Positions 25,378 to 30,429 of a DNA stretch of 30,429 nucleotides are shown in pieces. The notes under the pieces are model-generated. The model saw only the letters and a list, made by a program, of their open reading frames with translations. It had not been told where the DNA came from and did no database searches. The stretch lies in contig JAQGDQ010000923.1 of assembly GCA_030141605.1 (NCBI GenBank), positions 49,531-79,959 of the forward strand. Direction: 5' to 3'. The stretch's first letter is position 1. Each line of letters opens with the position of its first letter. This stretch comes from Tubiluchus corallicola (taxonomy: Eukaryota; Animalia; Priapulida). Both the position numbers and the translations under genes were made by a program.

Positions 25378-25723
25378 TTATGACGAACTTCACAAGCTCA
25401 TGCGTGAGCACAGCGGTAAATTTGAAATGTTATCTTAAAACTTGCCTAGTTTTAATATAACACACTGAATATCTTACAGCAGCACTGTACTTCAATTTTC
25501 ACTTTCATAAACACGTGCAACACGCTCGTGGAATATTTTTGCTGTTGAAAATTATGTTAGTTTGTGATGTCATCAATAGTTGTTTTTAAGTTATCTTAAT
25601 TAAGTTTTTAATATATTATTTAATTATCAGAAACGCGTTTGCAGTATTAATTGTGTTAAAATGTTTACTTTTTATCGTACGTGAATAGGGTACTATATGA
25701 AGAATCACCAAGTCTTCCTTTAA
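25378..25723 (-). mobile_element. MITE-like element copy, inverted
   Basis: Ends in GTCTTCCT|TTAA; homologous to the copies at 17725 and 23079. Confidence 0.65.
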
Positions 25724-26107
25724 GATTCAGTTGTCTTCTCCTTTAAACAACACCCACGTGCTTTTCATTAGGCATGAAGGCATTGTAACGAAACGTAATC
25801 TAGCGAAAGGTGGTATCCCAATGCAAAGAAATCTAGAGTGACAATACTTGTACAGTGTAATATTAGCATGTTTATGGCATTTGACAGTGAATTTTTCGGA
25901 ACACCCCGTACAGCTTACTAAATTCTATGCCCTGCCATAAATCTCCTGTCGCCTGTTGGACTCTTGTGGCGAAAGTTTTCGTCCATTAACTAAATAAATT
26001 CTCTCCAGGAAGGTCATTTCGACAACCTACCAGTCAAAATGGCAGTAAAAATTTGTTACAAGACAGTAACCCGAACGCTAAGTGATAAATTCAGAACGTA
26101 AATGATA

Positions 26108-26184
26108 GAGAAATCTTTGTGTTGAGTGTTTTTACTATTAAGCAAAAGGAGAAATCTTTGTGTTGAGTGTTTTTACTATTAAGC
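26108..26184. repeat. 41-bp-period tandem duplication
   Basis: GAGAAATCTTTGTGTTGAGTGTTTTTACTATTAAGC occurs twice. Confidence 0.9.
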
Positions 26185-26587
26185 GAAGAGACATTCTTTA
26201 CATAATGAATTCTCCTTTCTCTTATAGTACGCGAAGAAGATGAAGAAGTTAAACAAAGAAAGAAGAAAAATCGAAGAGACTTTTGCAAACGCTTCACCGT
26301 GTTTTGCGTTTTGCATTTGTTACATGTTTCGTGACGTCATTTTATCGGATTTTATTGCATAATTGTATTATTGGATTTTTATAATCATAATATGACAATT
26401 ACCTTAATATTATTGCAATCATATCTTATTATGATTTTGCATGAATTTTTGATTTACATAATTTTAAGACGTTCATAAAATGCATGGTGAGTTTATTGAG
26501 TTATTACTAAAACTCGAGTCATATGCAAATTATGTCATATTTAGCATGCTAGTACAATCTATTGTTTCGCTTTTGTTCTTAATGTCT

Positions 26588-26980
<393 letters not shown>

Positions 26981-27717
26981 AAGAATTATTACCACACAAA
27001 CATCTTCTTCCCCTGTACCAATTTGTCTAACGATTTTTTGCCTGTCATTCTTTTTTCTTTCATTCACTGCTTCGTTCCTTCACTCATTCATGCAACCGTA
27101 TGTTATTTTTTTTGCTTATTTACTAATTTGTTTCGTAATTAATTACGTAATGAATTAAATTAGTCATTACTAATTTGCTCCTCCTTGTTGTTCAGATTGC
27201 TTAGTTTTTCTTTCGTTGTTTCATTTTTCCTTCGCTCATTCGCACATTTGATTGTTCACATCTGTCAATGATAGTTCGTAAATGTGAACATACCCTAAAG
27301 GTTGCTTGAGTTTAACAGTAACAGTTATGTGTTACGGAGCCTAACTATAGAAATTCTTGCATGAACTAAAAACAACCTTCTGTGCATATATAACCCAGCA
27401 TTCAGTGCCAAGACCTGCTAAATGTTGATGTTTATGACGAGACCAGAACCTATTTCACCCTTTAAGATGAGACACTGAACCAGCGGAAGTGCCACAAGCA
27501 CGTTCAGACATATGTACATCCTCCCTCAACAAGGTAAACTGCCATGATCTGTATTACGAGTGAAACTGTGAAGGCACGCACCAATCCATTCGCTAAACAG
27601 CCTAGACATTGCTTAACTTAAGTCGTAAAGCATTCCTACGTGACCGCTCAGTGATTTAATCCAGCTCACACACACACACACAGATACGTATCAATATTTA
27701 ACCCATTTCATAAAACC

Positions 27718-27918
27718 TAAGTAAGTAAGCAAGTAAGTGAGTGAGGGAGTGAGTGAGTGAGTGAGTGAGTGAGTGAGTGAGTGAGTGAGTGAGTGAGTGA
27801 GTGAGTGAGTGAGTAGGTAGGCAGGTAGGTAGGTAGGTAGGTAGGTAGGTAGGTAAGTAAGTAAGCAAGCAAGCAAGCAAGCAAGTAAGTAAGTAAGCAA
27901 GTAAGCAAGTAAGTAAGC

Positions 27919-27978
<60 letters not shown>

Positions 27979-28093
27979 GTGAGTAGGTAGGTAGGTAGGT
28001 AGGTAGGTAGGTAGGTAGGTAGGTAGGTAGGTAGGTAGGTAGGTAGGTAGGTAGATAGGTAAGTAGGTAAGTAGGTAAATAAGTAAGTAAGTA

Positions 28094-28139
<46 letters not shown>

Positions 28140-28144
28140 TAAGC

Positions 28145-28195
<51 letters not shown>

Positions 28196-28343
28196 GTGAG
28201 TAGGTAGGTAGGTAGGTAGGTAGGTAGGTAGGTAGGTAGGTAGGTAGGTAGGTAGGTAGGTAGGTAAGTAAGTATGTAAGTAGGTAGGTAGGTAGGTAGG
28301 TAGGTAGGTAGGTAGGTAGGTAGGTAGGTAGGTAGGTAGGTAG

Positions 28344-28392
<49 letters not shown>

Positions 28393-28400
28393 TAAGTAGT
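27718..28400. repeat. Compound tetranucleotide microsatellite (GTAA, GTGA, GTAG, GCAA)
   Basis: Directly visible; the junction GTAAAGTGAGTAGG occurs twice, indicating a higher-order duplication. Confidence 0.97.
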
Positions 28401-28421
28401 TAGTTAATTAAATTTTCTTAC

Positions 28422-28719
28422 CTAAAAACACATTTTGTAAGAAGTTAACTGGAAGGCAGACGATGAGAACTAACACGTCAGCAAACGCGAGATTGGCTAT
28501 AAAAAAGTTGGTAGCGTTCCACATTAAAGGAGTTCGCAACACCACAGCCAGCACAAAACAATTACCAATGAATCCAACGAGAAAGACAATGCCATATGCT
28601 AGTCCAATGATGACCAGTGCCACGTCATCAAACACAAATGTGGGTAGTTGTGATAACACCGCGTAAGGCATTGACCAGTTGCTATCATTGTAGTAATAGT
28701 ACGAGGTGCCGTATAAATC
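28422..28719 (-). CDS. Exon of a rhodopsin-family neuropeptide GPCR (SIFamide/NPFF receptor-like): N-terminus, TM1, TM2
   Basis: [45 protein letters not shown]; sequons NDS and NWS; acceptor tgttttgcag| and phase-1 donor G|gtaag. Confidence 0.9.
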
Positions 28720-28784
28720 CTGCAAAACAAAAACATAACTTTTGTTAGAAATCGTTTAATTATCAATCGAGTTTTTCCCCGACC

Positions 28785-30429
28785 CTCTTAGTTGTGGAAT
28801 CTTTTATCCGAAAATCGTTTCCTTTTTAACTATAGACCTCGCACACCTTAACTCCATTAATACTAACCCGAATCACTTGCTAGGATCAGACGCTAGCTTA
28901 CAGTGTGACTTTGGGCACTAACGAGCTGAAATGTGACTTTCAAGGTTAAAGGTCAAACTCAGAAGTTGTAGCATAACCTGTGATACCATAGCACCCAGAT
29001 GATTTCACCTGCTAGTCAGCATGCTATGCCGAGTGCCAACTTCAGACACCGATGAGTTAAAATGTGATTTTCAAGGTCAAAGGTCAAACTTAAAAACTGT
29101 ATCGTAATTTCTGATACAATTTATTTTATAACAAAAGCGAGCTTTATGGTTTGAGCAGCTAGTAAGTGCATGCTAAGATCAGGTGCTAGCTAACAGTATG
29201 GCTTCCGACATTGATAAACTGAACAATCATTTTCAAGGTCAAAGGTCCTAATCAGCGCTCAGTTGAATGAATACTAGAATTAGCTGCTAACTTGCATTCT
29301 GGCTTCAGACACTGACAAATTGAACTGTCATTTTCAAGGTCAAGGGTCAAACTCAGAAGTTGATAACAGCTATTTCCTAATCACTTCTCAGTTGAATGAC
29401 TCAAGCTTGCATGCTACAACCTGCTGCTAACTCGCATTCTGGCTTCAGACACTGACAAATTGAACTGTCATTTTCAAGGTCAAAGGTCAAACTCAGAACT
29501 TGATAACAGCTATTTCCTAATCACTGCTAAGTTGAATTACTCAAGCTTGCATGCTAGAACCAGCTGCTAACTCGCATTTTGGCTTCAGACACTGACAAAT
29601 TGAACTGTCATTTTCAAGGTCAAGGGTCAAACTCAGAAGCTGATAACAGCTATTTCCTAATCACTGCTAAGTTGAATTACTCAAGCTTGCATGCTAGAAC
29701 CAGCTGCTAACTCGCATTTTGGCTTCAGACACTGACAAATTGAACTGTCATTTTCAAGGTCAAAGGTCAAACTCAGAATGCGAGTTAGCAGCAGGTTGTA
29801 GCATGCAAGCTTGAGTCATTCAACTGAGAAGTGATTAGGAAATAGCTGTTATCAACTTCTGAGTTTGACCCTTGACCTTGAAAATGACAGTTTAATTTGT
29901 CAGTGTCTGAAGCCAGAATGCAAGTTAGCAGCTAATTCTAGTATTCATTCAACTGAGCGCTGATTAGGACCTTTGACCTTGAAAATGATTGTTCAGTATA
30001 TCAATGTCGGAAGCCATACTGTTAGCTAGCACCTGATCTTAGCATGCACTTACTAGCTGCTCAAACCATAAAGCTCGCTTTTGTTATAAAATAAATTGTA
30101 TCAGAAATTACGATACAGTTTTAAGTTTGACCTTTGACCTTGAAAATCACATTTTAACTCATCGGTGTCTGAAGTTGGCACTCGGCATAGCATGCTGACT
30201 AGCAGGTGAAATCATCTGGGTGCTATGGTATCACAGGTTATGCTACAACTTCTGAGTTTGACCTTTAACCTTGAAAGTCACATTTCAGCTCGTTAGTGCC
30301 CAAAGTCACACTGTAAGCTAGCGTCTGATCCTAGCAAGTGATTCGGGTTAGTATTAATGGAGTTAAGGTGTGCGAGGTCTATAGTTAAAAAGGAAACGAT
30401 TTTCGGATAAAAGATTCCACAACTAAGAG
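28785..30429. repeat. Fold-back inverted duplication: arms 28785-29441 and 29774-30429, 332-bp spacer
   Basis: Right arm is the reverse complement of the left with about four differences and runs to the last base. Confidence 0.95.
28890..29778. repeat. 140-bp tandem repeat containing TCAAGGTCAAAGGTCAAA
   Basis: Units at about 29282, 29422, 29562 and 29702; more diverged units upstream. Confidence 0.9.

Noticed and set aside
25891-25910. Tc1/mariner-like terminus (TACGGGGTGTTCCG on the minus strand)
   Set aside because: No matching second TIR found.

Overview
AT-rich, repeat-dense animal DNA, probably from an invertebrate; the taxon cannot be fixed from the sequence. In order: a decayed CR1-group LINE (endonuclease + RT) with a stop, a 339-bp interruption and a mutated catalytic Asp; a candidate orphan minus-strand exon; two tandem, intronless S1A serine protease genes with signal peptide and GPI-like tail, inside a microsatellite-punctuated duplication array that also holds a deleted third copy; many satellites and transposon relics; and one TM1-TM2 exon of a SIFamide/NPFF-receptor-like GPCR. 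The strongest biological signal is that the protease paralogs differ much more in coding sequence (mostly amino-acid changes near substrate-binding loops) than in their upstream DNA, suggesting diversifying selection. A 43-bp satellite resembles a degenerate minimal hammerhead ribozyme. Both window ends are near-perfect fold-back inversions, most simply explained as amplification or assembly chimeras. All counts are by eye.
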